Source: Candidatus Hadarchaeota archaeon
GTDB lineage: Archaea > Hadarchaeota > Hadarchaeia > Hadarchaeales > JAGGTB01
Assembly: GCA_964384105.1 (NCBI GenBank)
Contig: CAYLJV010000002.1
Location: 192,834 to 256,833 of the forward strand
DNA length: 64,000 nucleotides
Direction: 5' to 3'
The notes beneath the pieces are model-generated. The model was not told the DNA's origin. It did not search any database and saw nothing but the letters and a program-made list of their open reading frames with translations. Shown here piece by piece: positions 28,599 through 39,182 of this stretch. Made by a program: the position numbers and the translations under genes. How positions within the stretch are numbered: the stretch's first letter is position 1; each line of letters starts with the position of its first letter.

Positions 28599-29558
28599 TT
28601 GAAAAAGATGAATATATTGGATGATATATTATTGAGAAACAAAATGAAAAATAATTTTGTGAGAAAAATTCCAAAAACAGAAAATATCTATTCAATAGGA
28701 CAAGGACAATTTGGACCAGATCCTGGAACGTCTTATCTCATAAATTCGCCTAAAAAAATCTTGATCGAAACAGGAACATCCAAATCCGTCCCAAGTATAG
28801 TAGAGGACCTAAATAAAATCGGGGTAAGTAAACTGGATTATATAGCACTAACTCATATTCACCTAGACCATGCGGGTGGAGCAAGCTTTCTCTCAAAAAG
28901 ATTTCCAGAAGCTAGAATATTAGTCCATAAAAAAGGCGTAAAGCACCTCATAGACCCCTCCAAGCTAAAAGAAAGTGTGGAAAGAGCAGTTGGAAAATTA
29001 TTTGATTTATATGGAAGCGTTAAACCCATTCAAAAAGAAAGAATAATTTCGCTATCTGGAAATGAGGAAATAGATCTAGGGAATGGATACAAATTAAAAC
29101 CAATAGACTCGCCAGGCCATGCCCCACACCATCTCTGCTATTACGAAAGCAAAGAAAGAGTCCTATTCACAGGAGATGCTGCAGGGATATATTATCCCAA
29201 ATCAGGGAAACTATTACCCTCAACTCCACCTCCAAATTTTGATTTAGAAGAAGAATTGAAAACGATAAAAAAATTGAAGAAGCTACCCGCGAAATTTCTC
29301 GCTTACACACACACAGGATGGAAATCAGACCCACAGGAGAGCTTAGAAAAATACGAAAATTTACTCAAAGAATGGGTTAGTGAAATCATGGAAAGGAAAG
29401 ATGAGATTGATGAAGAGAAATCTCTGATAAACAGAATAGTAGAAAAGTATACTCCAATTTGGGCCGAATCTGAAAAAGATAAAGAAATAATGAAAGGGAA
29501 AATAAAAATGGATGTAGAGGGCGTACTATTATATCTGAAGAAAAAATCAGACAAATAA
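28599..29558 (+). CDS. MBL-fold metallo-hydrolase
   Basis: HIHLDHAGG motif (HxHxDH). Confidence 0.65.
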   Translation: MKKMNILDDILLRNKMKNNFVRKIPKTENIYSIGQGQFGPDPGTSYLINSPKKILIETGTSKSVPSIVEDLNKIGVSKLDYIALTHIHLDHAGGASFLSKRFPEARILVHKKGVKHLIDPSKLKESVERAVGKLFDLYGSVKPIQKERIISLSGNEEIDLGNGYKLKPIDSPGHAPHHLCYYESKERVLFTGDAAGIYYPKSGKLLPSTPPPNFDLEEELKTIKKLKKLPAKFLAYTHTGWKSDPQESLEKYENLLKEWVSEIMERKDEIDEEKSLINRIVEKYTPIWAESEKDKEIMKGKIKMDVEGVLLYLKKKSDK

Positions 29559-29609
29559 TCGAATTTTTATGGAGTAATTAATTAATCTAATTCAAAGGAG
29601 AGAAAAACA

Positions 29610-30794
29610 ATGAAAGTCGCACTTGCGTACTCTGGTGGTTTGGACACCTCTATCTGTCTCAAACTTCTACAAGAAGAATATGATGCAGAGCTAATCACAG
29701 TAGCGGCTAACGTTGGGCAAGATCCAGAAAAGCTGAAAGAGATAGAAAAGAAAGCAAAGGATTTTGGAGTACTCAAACACTACGGAATAGACCTAACGAA
29801 GGAGTTCGTGAAAGACTACATATTTCCGAGCATCAAAGCCAACGGACTTTACGAAGGATACCCGCTATCAACTGCTTTAGCAAGATATCCAACGGCTGCA
29901 AAACTGGTTGAAATAGCCAATAAGGAAAATTGTGAAGCAATAGCTCACGGATGCACTGGAAAAGGAAACGACCAGTTTAGATTCGATATAACAATCTCCA
30001 TTAAAGATCCAGATATGAAAATAATAGCCCCGGTGAGGGAAAGAAACCTCGACCGACAGTGGGAGATAGAATATGCCAAAGAAAACAATATTCCCGTACC
30101 AGTAGACATAGACGAGCCATATAGTATTGATATGAATATATGGGGCCGATCGATAGAAGGAGGAGAACTCGAAGACCCGGAGAATGAACCTCCAGAAAAA
30201 ATATACGAACTCACGAAATCGCCTACGGAAGCTCCAACAGAACCTCAGTTAATAGAAATAGATTTTGAAAACGGAATACCTGTAGCCTTGAATGGAAAGA
30301 AAACAGATGGAATCTCTATGATAAAAGAGCTGAATAAAAAAGCCGGAGAATACGGAGTAGGAAGAATTGACATAATCGAGGACCGTGCACTTGGCTTAAA
30401 ATCTAGAGAAAATTACGAAGCCCCAGCGGCTACTGTTCTAATAAATGCTCACAAAGCCTTGGAGCAACTCGTCCTAACACGAGAGGAAATCAAGTTCAAA
30501 GAATACGTAGATAGTCTCTGGTCCGACATGGTCTACCGAGGCTTATGGTTCGACCCATTTAAAGAAGATTTAGACGCCTTCATCAACAAGACCCAGGAAA
30601 GGGTAACAGGTAAAGTCAAAGTAAAACTTGAACCTGGAAGTGCTAGAGTAGTATCAAAGAAATCTCAATACAGTTTACTAGAACCCGAGATGGTCTCCTT
30701 TGACAAATATGGGTTTGACCAAAAGGACTCAACGAGAGTAATTAAGTTTCAAGCCCTACCTGGAAAGATTTACAGAAAAAGGAAAAAGGACTGA
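29610..30794 (+). CDS. argG: Argininosuccinate synthase
   Basis: AYSGGLDTS PP-loop, family-typical. Confidence 0.9.
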   Translation: MKVALAYSGGLDTSICLKLLQEEYDAELITVAANVGQDPEKLKEIEKKAKDFGVLKHYGIDLTKEFVKDYIFPSIKANGLYEGYPLSTALARYPTAAKLVEIANKENCEAIAHGCTGKGNDQFRFDITISIKDPDMKIIAPVRERNLDRQWEIEYAKENNIPVPVDIDEPYSIDMNIWGRSIEGGELEDPENEPPEKIYELTKSPTEAPTEPQLIEIDFENGIPVALNGKKTDGISMIKELNKKAGEYGVGRIDIIEDRALGLKSRENYEAPAATVLINAHKALEQLVLTREEIKFKEYVDSLWSDMVYRGLWFDPFKEDLDAFINKTQERVTGKVKVKLEPGSARVVSKKSQYSLLEPEMVSFDKYGFDQKDSTRVIKFQALPGKIYRKRKKD

Positions 30795-30798
30795 TTAA

Positions 30799-32271
30799 AT
30801 GCTTCGGGGGGGCCGTTTTGAGAAGTCCATGGACCCTGATGCTGCGGAATATTCAGCCTCCTTAGACAGTGATACTCGACTTTTCGACTCTGTAATACAG
30901 ATAAATATAGCACATGCTCAGATGCTCAAAAAGCAGGAGATCCTCAAAAAGGAAGACGCAGACACAATAATTGAAGCCTTGTTAGAACTACAGGAGACTG
31001 GTACAGATGCCCTCGATTTACGTCCAGATTTAGAAGACATTCACATGGTACTAGAAGAGTACCTAAAAAAAGAAATCGGAGAAGAAACTGCAGGTAAATT
31101 ACATACAGCAAAAAGTAGGAACGATCAAGTCTCTGCATCAATTAGAATATTCTTGAGAGAAGAAATCCTCGAGATACAGAAATTGACAGTAAACTTCGTC
31201 GAAACGATGTTAGAATTGGCGAAAAAAAATCTAGAAACTGTGATGCCGGGATATACACACCTACAAGTAGCGGAACCAACTACTTTTGCTCATTATCTCT
31301 GCTCCTACTGTGAAAGTTTCCTCAGAGACGTCTATAGAATGAATCAATCATACAAACAAGTAAATCAATCCCCTATGGGTGCATGCGCACTCGCAGGAAC
31401 AAGCTTTCCAATAGATAGAAAGTTAGTCTCTGATTTACTTGGATTCAATAAAGTGCTTGAAAATACAATTGATGCTACAGGGTCCAGAGATTTCGTACTA
31501 CAGATAATGTCCGATATAGCCATACTGATGACAAACATGAGTAGACTTTGTGAGGAAATCTCTATCTGGAGCTCCGCAGAATTCGACATGATCGAAATCC
31601 CCGATGAATTTTCATCCACCAGTAGTATAATGCCCCAAAAAAAGAATCCAGTTATAGCAGAGCTAGAGAGGGCAAAAACCGGGAGAACCATCGGGAATCT
31701 AATTGGAGGATTTAATATAATAAAATCGTTGACACAAGCGTACAACCTTGACTTACAGGAGTTAACTCCCCTTCTCTGGGACTCCCTAGACCAGATAAAA
31801 CCAACCCTCAAGGTGATGACAAAACACATTGAAAAAATCAAACCAAATCCAGAAAAAATGCTACAGCATACTGAAACTGGTTTCGCAACGATGACTGAAC
31901 TGGCTAACACTATCGTAAGGGAAACGGAACTTCCCTTCAGAATATCCCATAACATAGTAGGAAAACTAGCTTCACAAGCTTTGAAGGATGGAAAGTCTCT
32001 AGCAGACCTTACAATAGATGACTTGCAAACAGCAAGTAAATCAATAAACCACCAGGAAGTCGATATCTCAGAGGAAGAGTTTGAAAACGCCCTAAATCCA
32101 AGTAAATCGGTTAAAATGAGAAACTTAATAGGAGGACCCTCGCCAAAATCGGTGAAAGAAGAAATATCAAATATTGAAAATAAAATTGAGAAACAAAAAA
32201 GCGCTATAAAGAAAAAAACTACTAATATATCAAAATTCAAAAAGAATCTCCAGAATATATCAGTTAGGTGA
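30799..32271 (+). CDS. argH: Argininosuccinate lyase
   Basis: Fumarate-lyase signature region GSSIMPQKKNP. Confidence 0.9.
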   Translation: MLRGGRFEKSMDPDAAEYSASLDSDTRLFDSVIQINIAHAQMLKKQEILKKEDADTIIEALLELQETGTDALDLRPDLEDIHMVLEEYLKKEIGEETAGKLHTAKSRNDQVSASIRIFLREEILEIQKLTVNFVETMLELAKKNLETVMPGYTHLQVAEPTTFAHYLCSYCESFLRDVYRMNQSYKQVNQSPMGACALAGTSFPIDRKLVSDLLGFNKVLENTIDATGSRDFVLQIMSDIAILMTNMSRLCEEISIWSSAEFDMIEIPDEFSSTSSIMPQKKNPVIAELERAKTGRTIGNLIGGFNIIKSLTQAYNLDLQELTPLLWDSLDQIKPTLKVMTKHIEKIKPNPEKMLQHTETGFATMTELANTIVRETELPFRISHNIVGKLASQALKDGKSLADLTIDDLQTASKSINHQEVDISEEEFENALNPSKSVKMRNLIGGPSPKSVKEEISNIENKIEKQKSAIKKKTTNISKFKKNLQNISVR

Positions 32272-32275
32272 TAGA

Positions 32276-33307
32276 TTGAGTATCGAAGTTTCTATTATAG
32301 GAGCATCCGGATATACCGGAGTAGAACTCTTTAGACTCTTAGAAAATCACCCTGACGCAGAAATATTGGGCGCATACGGGAAAACTACTGCTGGAAAGAA
32401 GATTTCCGATATTCATCCAAGTCTAAAAGGAATAACCGAATTGACAATAGAGAAACCAGACTACAAAAAAATTGGAAAAGAATCCGATCTCGTTTTCACA
32501 GCAACCCCTCATGGAGTTGCTATGAAGTTCGTTCCCGAAATTCTGGAAGAAGGTGCTAGAGTAATCGATATTAGCGCAGATTACAGGTTAAAAAACGTTC
32601 AAGTCTATGAAGACTACTATAATACCACACATCAAAGCCCCCATCTAAAGTCAGTTTACGGCCTTTCAGAAATATACAGAAACGAAATAGAAGACGCAGA
32701 ACTTATAGCCAACCCAGGTTGCTACCCAACCGCTGCCCTACTGAGCTTAGCCCCTCTCCTGAAAAGAAAACTCGTAAACCTTGACCACATAATAATAGAC
32801 TCAAAAAGTGGGACTTCTGGCGCAGGGATAAAACCCAATGAGACACTTCATCATCCCACCTGCACCGAAAATATAAGAGCATACAGCGTCACTGGACATC
32901 GCCACTCACCCGAAATACAACAAGAAGCCGAAAATCTAGCAGGGAAAAAAACGAAAACTCACTTTACCCCTCATCTAATACCGATCACTCGAGGTATTCT
33001 TAGCACCGCGCATGTGTTTATGAAAAGTAAAAAAGACGAAACCGAACTAATCGAAATTTACGAAGAATTCTATAAAGAAAGCCCCTTTGTCAGAGTACTA
33101 AAGGTTCTACCTCAAACAAACGCCGTAAAAGGATCCAATTTCTGCGATATAGGAATAAGAACTTCTAAAAAAACCAATAGAGCAATCATAGTCTCGGCGA
33201 TAGATAACCTCGTAAAAGGTGCCTCCGGACAAGCAATCCAGAACATGAATATAAATTTCGGTTTAGATGAAAAAAAGGGATTAGAAGGGATACCACTTAG
33301 ACCTTAA
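32276..33307 (+). CDS. argC: N-acetyl-gamma-glutamyl-phosphate reductase
   Basis: IIGASGYTG, catalytic Cys in PGCYPTA; TTG start. Confidence 0.85.
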   Translation: MSIEVSIIGASGYTGVELFRLLENHPDAEILGAYGKTTAGKKISDIHPSLKGITELTIEKPDYKKIGKESDLVFTATPHGVAMKFVPEILEEGARVIDISADYRLKNVQVYEDYYNTTHQSPHLKSVYGLSEIYRNEIEDAELIANPGCYPTAALLSLAPLLKRKLVNLDHIIIDSKSGTSGAGIKPNETLHHPTCTENIRAYSVTGHRHSPEIQQEAENLAGKKTKTHFTPHLIPITRGILSTAHVFMKSKKDETELIEIYEEFYKESPFVRVLKVLPQTNAVKGSNFCDIGIRTSKKTNRAIIVSAIDNLVKGASGQAIQNMNINFGLDEKKGLEGIPLRP

Positions 33308-33385
33308 AACTGTTAGACTTATTTAAAAAGGAACTCAAAAAGTTCTATAAGTCAAGCCTCCCTTCTGAAAAATCGGCGGGTTAAT

Positions 33386-34618
33386 TTGATCTCAAAAACT
33401 AAAGGTGGATTAACAGCTGTTCCCGGCTTCAGGGCCAGCGGAGTTGAGTGTGGGATAAAAAAAGAAGGTCCAGACTTAATGCTCCTAGCCAGTGAAAAAG
33501 GCCCAATTCCAGCTGCCGGTCTTTTCACTTCAAACATCGTAAAAGGAGCCCCAATAGTAGTCTCCAAAAAACATCTCGAAAAACAAAAACTAGCTGCTAT
33601 AGTCGCAAATAGTGGATGTGCCAACGCATTCACCGGCAGGGAGGGAATCCGTAGAGCACGGAAGATGGCCGAAATCGCAGCTGGAAAATTGGGAGTCAAA
33701 ACCGAGGAAATAGGAGTAGCTTCCACCGGGTTAATCGGCTCTCAGTTACCAATAGACAAAGTTGAAGAAGGAATCAAAAAAGCGAACGAAAAACTATCTA
33801 ACAGCTGGGAAGCAGGAACCGAAGCTGCGAAAGCTTTGATGACTACTGACACGAGGGTCAAAGAAATAGCTGTTAAAATAGAAACTGAAGAAGACTCAGT
33901 AATAACAATTGGTGGAGCTGCAAAAGGTTCAGGAATGATTCATCCTGATCTACACGCAACTATGATTGCTATAATCGTAACTGATGCCTACATCACCCCT
34001 GCTGGCTTAAGAGCATCCCTACAAAAAGCAGTTGATAAGAGTTTTAATATGACCACCATCGACAGAGAGACGAGCACAAGTGACACAGTCTTTGCCTTAG
34101 CAAACGGTGTAGCCGATAATGAAAAAATAACAAAGAAGGAACCTAACGAGGAATTCCAAGAAGGACTAGAATACGTTACAACAGAACTTGCAAAAATGAT
34201 AGCAAGAGATGGCGAAGGAGCTACACATCTAATAGAAGTAAAAGTAGAAAGTGCAAAGAACGAAGAAGAGGCGAAAAAAGCATCTAGAGCCGTAGCGGGG
34301 TCAGATCTAGTTAAAACCGCTGTATTTGGAAGAGACCCAAATTGGGGCAGGATAGTTGCTGCTCTAGGGTATTCTGGAGCCAGATTTTCCCCTTCGAGAA
34401 TAAGCCTTAGCCTTATAGCAGGAGAAAAAGAGGTCCCCCTAGTCTTAAAAGGAGAGCCACTGCCTGAAGATACAATGAAAAATGCGGAGGAAGTACTAGA
34501 AGAAGAGGAAATCCAGATTTACATAGACCTAGGTGAAGAGGGAGACGGATCAGCTACAGCATGGGGTTGCGATTTAACCGAGGAATATGTCAGGATAAAT
34601 TCCAGATATAGAACATGA
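33386..34618 (+). CDS. argJ: Bifunctional glutamate N-acetyltransferase/amino-acid acetyltransferase
   Basis: ATMIA autocatalytic cleavage site (HATMIAIIVTDA), ArgJ family. Confidence 0.85.
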   Translation: MISKTKGGLTAVPGFRASGVECGIKKEGPDLMLLASEKGPIPAAGLFTSNIVKGAPIVVSKKHLEKQKLAAIVANSGCANAFTGREGIRRARKMAEIAAGKLGVKTEEIGVASTGLIGSQLPIDKVEEGIKKANEKLSNSWEAGTEAAKALMTTDTRVKEIAVKIETEEDSVITIGGAAKGSGMIHPDLHATMIAIIVTDAYITPAGLRASLQKAVDKSFNMTTIDRETSTSDTVFALANGVADNEKITKKEPNEEFQEGLEYVTTELAKMIARDGEGATHLIEVKVESAKNEEEAKKASRAVAGSDLVKTAVFGRDPNWGRIVAALGYSGARFSPSRISLSLIAGEKEVPLVLKGEPLPEDTMKNAEEVLEEEEIQIYIDLGEEGDGSATAWGCDLTEEYVRINSRYRT

Positions 34619-34664
34619 ATTTCTTTTTAAATACTGAAAGTCAATCATTTTAAGAGGAGAAAAA

Positions 34665-35519
34665 ATGGAAAAACAAGCCTCGGTCTTACTAGAAGCCCTC
34701 CCTTATATACAAAAATTCTACGGCAAAACTCTAGTTATAAAATTAGGGGGTGCGCTAATCGAGAAAGAGGAACTAAGCAATTCGATATACCGAGATATAG
34801 TTCTTTTAAACTATGTAGGGATGAAACCGCTAATAGTGCATGGAGGGGGCTCAGAAGTCTCTAGAGAGATGGAAAAAGCTGGAAAAACACCCGAATTCGT
34901 GGAGGGTCTAAGAGTTACAGACAGAGAAACAATGGAGATTCTTCACAAATCTCTCGGCGGAAAAATAAACAAAGAGATAGTTCTGGGTATCGAAAAACAT
35001 GGAGGATTAGCATTAGGAATCTCTGGAATAGACGGAAATCTGGTTCTAGCAAGGAAAATAAAAGATGAAAGTGACAAACTCGGGTTTGTAGGGGAGGTTG
35101 AAAAAACAAATCCCGAACTGATAGAGTACTTGCTAGAAAAAGACTATATTCCAGTGATAGCTCCTATCGGAGCGGATAGGAAGGGAAATAGCCTAAATTT
35201 AAATGCTGACTCGGTGGCTGCAGAGTTAGCCTCATCATTAAACGCAGAAAAACTTATAATCTTAACAGACGTTCCCGGAGTCCTAGAAGACCCCGAAAAC
35301 GAGAACACCCTTATATCAAAATTAAATCTAGAAGAAGCTCAAAACAAAATAAACGATGGCACCATAACCAGAGGAATGATACCAAAGGTAAAGGCATGTA
35401 TGAAAAGCGTTAAATCTGGAACAAATAGAGCCCATATTATCGATGGAACCGCTCCAAACTCACTGCTCTTAGAACTCCTTACTGAAAGTGGTATAGGAAC
35501 GATGATAGAGAGGAGATAA
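34665..35519 (+). CDS. argB: Acetylglutamate kinase
   Basis: VIKLGGA...HGGG motifs. Confidence 0.85.
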   Translation: MEKQASVLLEALPYIQKFYGKTLVIKLGGALIEKEELSNSIYRDIVLLNYVGMKPLIVHGGGSEVSREMEKAGKTPEFVEGLRVTDRETMEILHKSLGGKINKEIVLGIEKHGGLALGISGIDGNLVLARKIKDESDKLGFVGEVEKTNPELIEYLLEKDYIPVIAPIGADRKGNSLNLNADSVAAELASSLNAEKLIILTDVPGVLEDPENENTLISKLNLEEAQNKINDGTITRGMIPKVKACMKSVKSGTNRAHIIDGTAPNSLLLELLTESGIGTMIERR

Positions 35520-35520
35520 A

Positions 35521-36699
35521 ATGAAAATCTCTGATTTAGAAAAAAAATACATAGCACCAACCTACTCTAGACAACCTTTAACCTTTGTAGAAGGCAAAGG
35601 AGCCAAACTGAAGAACGATAAAGGTAAAGAATATCTAGACTTCGTAGGTGGAATAGCCGTTTGTAGCCTCGGTCACTCAAACGAAACCGTTCTAAAAACG
35701 ATAAGAGAACAGTCAAAAAAAATTATGCACGTATCTAACCTTTACCATATTCCTACGCAAGCTGAATTTGCAAAAAAGTTATCTGAAATAACACCCGAGG
35801 GGATACAGAAGTTCTTCTTCTGTAACTCTGGAACTGAATCGATAGAAGCCGCTTTTAAACTAGCGATAAAACACACAGGCAGAAAAAAGATAATAGCCTT
35901 AGAAGGGTCCTTTCACGGAAGAACATCTGCAGCGCTGGGTGCAACCTGGAAAAAAGAATACAGAGAACCGTTCAAAAGTCTAATCTCCCCCATTTTTGAA
36001 TTTATACCTTTCAATGATCTAAAATCGGCCAAAGAAAAAGTAGACAAAGACACCGCGGCAGTAATCGCGGAGCCGATCCAGGGCGAAGGAGGAGTTAGAG
36101 TCCCATCAAATGACTATCTTTCGGGACTGAAGAAAATCTGCAATGAAAATGGCACACTTCTAATATTCGACGAAGTGCAAACCGGAATGTGCCGCTCCGG
36201 AGAATGGTTTGCCTGTGAAAACTGGAACGTAGAACCCGATATTATTACAATGGCTAAAGCCCTTGGAAATGGATTTCCAATAGGTTGCATGGGGGCAAGA
36301 GGAAAAGTCATGGATTCTTTTTCTCCAGGAAACCATGCATCTACCTTTGGAGGAAATAATCTAGCATGCGCAGTAGGTAAAACCGTGATAGAGACAATGG
36401 AGAAAAAGAACATTCCAACCCATGTCAAAAAAGTTGGTGGATACTTCAAAAACAGGCTGGAAGAACTTGTCGAAAAATACGAAATGATTAAAGAAGCCCG
36501 AGGATTAGGTCTTATACTGGCAATAGAACTAGATGAGAAAGAAAAAGCGGAAGAGGCAGTGGTTAAGGCTAGAGAAAATGGGTTCCTTATAAACAGAACA
36601 GCGGGAAAAACATTAAGGTTTGTCCCTCCACTCATAATTAAGGAAAAACAGGTGGATCAACTTACTAAAGAATTAGATAGAATTTTTAGTGAGATGTAA
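35521..36699 (+). CDS. argD: Acetylornithine aminotransferase
   Basis: Class III aminotransferase, FDEVQTGMCRSG PLP lysine context. Confidence 0.85.
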   Translation: MKISDLEKKYIAPTYSRQPLTFVEGKGAKLKNDKGKEYLDFVGGIAVCSLGHSNETVLKTIREQSKKIMHVSNLYHIPTQAEFAKKLSEITPEGIQKFFFCNSGTESIEAAFKLAIKHTGRKKIIALEGSFHGRTSAALGATWKKEYREPFKSLISPIFEFIPFNDLKSAKEKVDKDTAAVIAEPIQGEGGVRVPSNDYLSGLKKICNENGTLLIFDEVQTGMCRSGEWFACENWNVEPDIITMAKALGNGFPIGCMGARGKVMDSFSPGNHASTFGGNNLACAVGKTVIETMEKKNIPTHVKKVGGYFKNRLEELVEKYEMIKEARGLGLILAIELDEKEKAEEAVVKARENGFLINRTAGKTLRFVPPLIIKEKQVDQLTKELDRIFSEM

Positions 36700-36701
36700 A
36701 G

Positions 36702-37631
36702 ATGGAAGAAATCAAACATTTTACATCTATTCAAGATCTGAGCAAAGACGGACTCATAAGAATCTTAGAGAAAGCCGGATCATTGAAAGAGATGCTAAAA
36801 AACGAAGAAAGTCACGAATATCTCTACGGAAAAACGCTCGCTATGATCTTCGCAAAACCCTCAACTAGAACTCGCGTTAGTTTTGAAACTGGAATGACTC
36901 AACTTGGCGGTCACGCTATCTACCTAAACTGGGACGATATACAACTTGGAAGAGGAGAAACTATCTCAGACACAGCAAAAACTCTTTCTGGCTATGTAGA
37001 TATTATAATGGCCAGGATCTACGAACACGGAAACATTATAGAACTAGCAAGAAATTCAAGCGTTCCCGTAATAAACGGTCTAACAGACCTACTCCACCCT
37101 TGCCAAATAGTAGCTGATCTCTTCACTATCTCGGAGAAAAAAGGACAACTAGCTGATCTAAAGCTTTCTTACATAGGTGATGGAAACAATGTATGCCATT
37201 CTCTACTTCTAGGAACTACTAAAGTAGGAATGAATATATCAGTAGCCAGTCCACCTGGCTACAAACCAAAAAAGAAGATAGTAGAAGATGCAAAGTTACA
37301 GGGAGGCAAAACCGGAGCTACAGTTACTATAACAGAAGAGCCTAAAGAGGCCGTAAAAGAAGCGGATATAGTATATACCGACGTAATAGCATCTATGGGG
37401 CAAGAAGAGGAGAGAAAAAAGAGGTTAAAGGATTTTGAGAATTACCAGATTAACTCAAAGCTCATGAATTATGCGAAAGAAGACGCTATATTCATGCACT
37501 GTTTACCCGCTCACAGAGGAGAGGAAGTTACCGAGGATGTAATAGACGGTCCAAAGTCCGTAGTTTTTGAACAAGCAGAAAACCGGATGCACACAGAAAA
37601 AGCTATTTTAATGTCCCTTCTAGGTTATTAA
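36702..37631 (+). CDS. argF: Ornithine carbamoyltransferase
   Basis: STRTR carbamoyl-phosphate motif, HCLP motif. Confidence 0.9.
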   Translation: MEEIKHFTSIQDLSKDGLIRILEKAGSLKEMLKNEESHEYLYGKTLAMIFAKPSTRTRVSFETGMTQLGGHAIYLNWDDIQLGRGETISDTAKTLSGYVDIIMARIYEHGNIIELARNSSVPVINGLTDLLHPCQIVADLFTISEKKGQLADLKLSYIGDGNNVCHSLLLGTTKVGMNISVASPPGYKPKKKIVEDAKLQGGKTGATVTITEEPKEAVKEADIVYTDVIASMGQEEERKKRLKDFENYQINSKLMNYAKEDAIFMHCLPAHRGEEVTEDVIDGPKSVVFEQAENRMHTEKAILMSLLGY

Positions 37632-38226
37632 CTCCGATAAAAACTTTAAACAAATATATCTTTTCGAAAAAGAACTTCTCGGATTTTTTGATAAATTCCC
37701 AGTTATTTCTTCTAAGCTCAGACAAAGTCTTCTGAACATCCGACAAAGAAGACTGTATGAAATAAAATCTACCACCAGGTTTCAAGTATTCCCCTACGCC
37801 GCTCAGGAACTCATCAATGAATTTCCTACCATCTAGGCCACCGTCCCAAGCTCTTTCAATAACATCCCCAGAAGATTCCTCCTTAGAGACCGGGAGATAA
37901 GGCGGATTAAATAATATCAGATCGAAGACTTCATCTGAAATAGGATCGAACATATTACCAATTCTAAATTCTATATTTCCATTAACCTCGTGTCTCTCAG
38001 CATTTTTCTTGGCACACTCGATAGCTAAAGTATTTACATCGGTGGCAATGACATTTGCACCTTTTTTAGCAGATATAATCGAGAGTAGGCCAGAACCCGT
38101 GCCAAGCTCCAAAACATACTCTCCACTCTCTATATCCAGATTATCTGCTAGCAAAAAAGTATCTTCAGCAGGTTTATAGACATCTTTCAAAATTTCGAAT
38201 TCTAAATTCTTATAAAATACTTTCAT
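37603..38226 (-). CDS. HemK/Mtq2-like SAM-dependent methyltransferase (N5-glutamine methyltransferase family)
   Basis: VLELGTGSG SAM motif I and NPPY substrate motif (FNPPYLP); 29-nt convergent overlap with argF. Confidence 0.7.
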   Translation of the reverse strand: MKVFYKNLEFEILKDVYKPAEDTFLLADNLDIESGEYVLELGTGSGLLSIISAKKGANVIATDVNTLAIECAKKNAERHEVNGNIEFRIGNMFDPISDEVFDLILFNPPYLPVSKEESSGDVIERAWDGGLDGRKFIDEFLSGVGEYLKPGGRFYFIQSSLSDVQKTLSELRRNNWEFIKKSEKFFFEKIYLFKVFIGVNNLEGTLK

Positions 38227-38297
38227 TATCTAACCCCAAAAATCTACTTAATCAAATAATTGTAAAGGTAATTAAAATAGCGGGAGGTCATTCTAAA

Positions 38298-39164
38298 TTG
38301 GACAAACTCTTACCCCAAAAGATTCCGGAGATAATAAACAAGATAGAGGAAAATAGTATTGAAATCGATATAAGCTCCGAAAAACTCGCGGGAATGATCG
38401 ATAATACCGAACTTTCATCATATAAAACCGAGAAATCCATAAAATCGTTCTGCAAAAAGACGAAAAAGTACAATTTCCATTCCGTTTGCGTAAACCCTTA
38501 TTACACGAAATTTTGTTCAAACCAATTACAAAAAAATGATATAATCGTAGACACAGTTATTGGATTCCCATTAGGTCAAACAACAACTCAAGAAAAAGTA
38601 TTCGAAACTTTAACAGCCTTTGAAGACGGAGCAGAAGAAATAGATATGGTAATGAACGTAGCAGCTCTCAAAGATGGAAAGTATGATTTTGTAAAAGAAG
38701 AGATTAATGAAATAGTAGATACGGCAGGATCTAATCCAGTAAAAGTAATCATCGAAGCCCCCTATCTGACCTATAAAGAAATCATAAAAGCTTGTAAAAT
38801 AGCAGAGGAATCTGGAGCGAGTTTCGTTAAAAATTCTACTGGATTTGCTCCGTACGGAGCAAATATCGTACACACATACATAATGAAACGCTCTGTAGGG
38901 AAAAACACCAAAATAAAAGCCGCAGGAAGAATTAAAAACTTCAGAAGTGCTCTAAGAATAATATCCGCTGGGGCCGACCGAATAGGAACAAGTTCGGGGT
39001 TAGAAATAATAGAAAGTTATGAAAGTTTAAAAGAAAGAAATTGGTCTCCCGAAAAAATTCCTTGTAATCTCTGTCCAAGTCAGAAGATATCCTCTAAAAA
39101 AATACCAGAACCTATTTCAGACTATTACAAATCTTTGTGTTCAAAATGTAGATACGAAAAATAA
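38298..39164 (+). CDS. deoC: Deoxyribose-phosphate aldolase with N-terminal extension and C-terminal Cys4 zinc-ribbon tail
   Basis: DeoC core motifs (SVCVNP, IGFPLG, EIDMV, catalytic K in FVKNSTGF); extra ~45 aa C-terminal with CNLC...CSKC; TTG start after gggaggt SD. Confidence 0.75.
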   Translation: MDKLLPQKIPEIINKIEENSIEIDISSEKLAGMIDNTELSSYKTEKSIKSFCKKTKKYNFHSVCVNPYYTKFCSNQLQKNDIIVDTVIGFPLGQTTTQEKVFETLTAFEDGAEEIDMVMNVAALKDGKYDFVKEEINEIVDTAGSNPVKVIIEAPYLTYKEIIKACKIAEESGASFVKNSTGFAPYGANIVHTYIMKRSVGKNTKIKAAGRIKNFRSALRIISAGADRIGTSSGLEIIESYESLKERNWSPEKIPCNLCPSQKISSKKIPEPISDYYKSLCSKCRYEK

Positions 39165-39182
39165 CCTTCCAAACTTTTGCAT

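Noticed and set aside
31365-32240. 291-aa ORF antisense to argH (also similar long antisense ORFs at 36114-36635 vs argD, 10641-11027 vs lpd, 18753-19232 and 19329-19718 vs glycerate kinase, 26898-27311 vs AOR, 43660-44067 vs tiaS, 47598-48215 vs lhr, 61475-61876 vs GGR, 62416-62793 vs tfb)
   Set aside because: All lie fully inside well-supported genes on the opposite strand, are low-complexity (Ser/Phe/Leu/Ile-rich mirror of Lys/Glu-rich coding strand) and have no recognisable motifs; typical AT-rich antisense artefacts.
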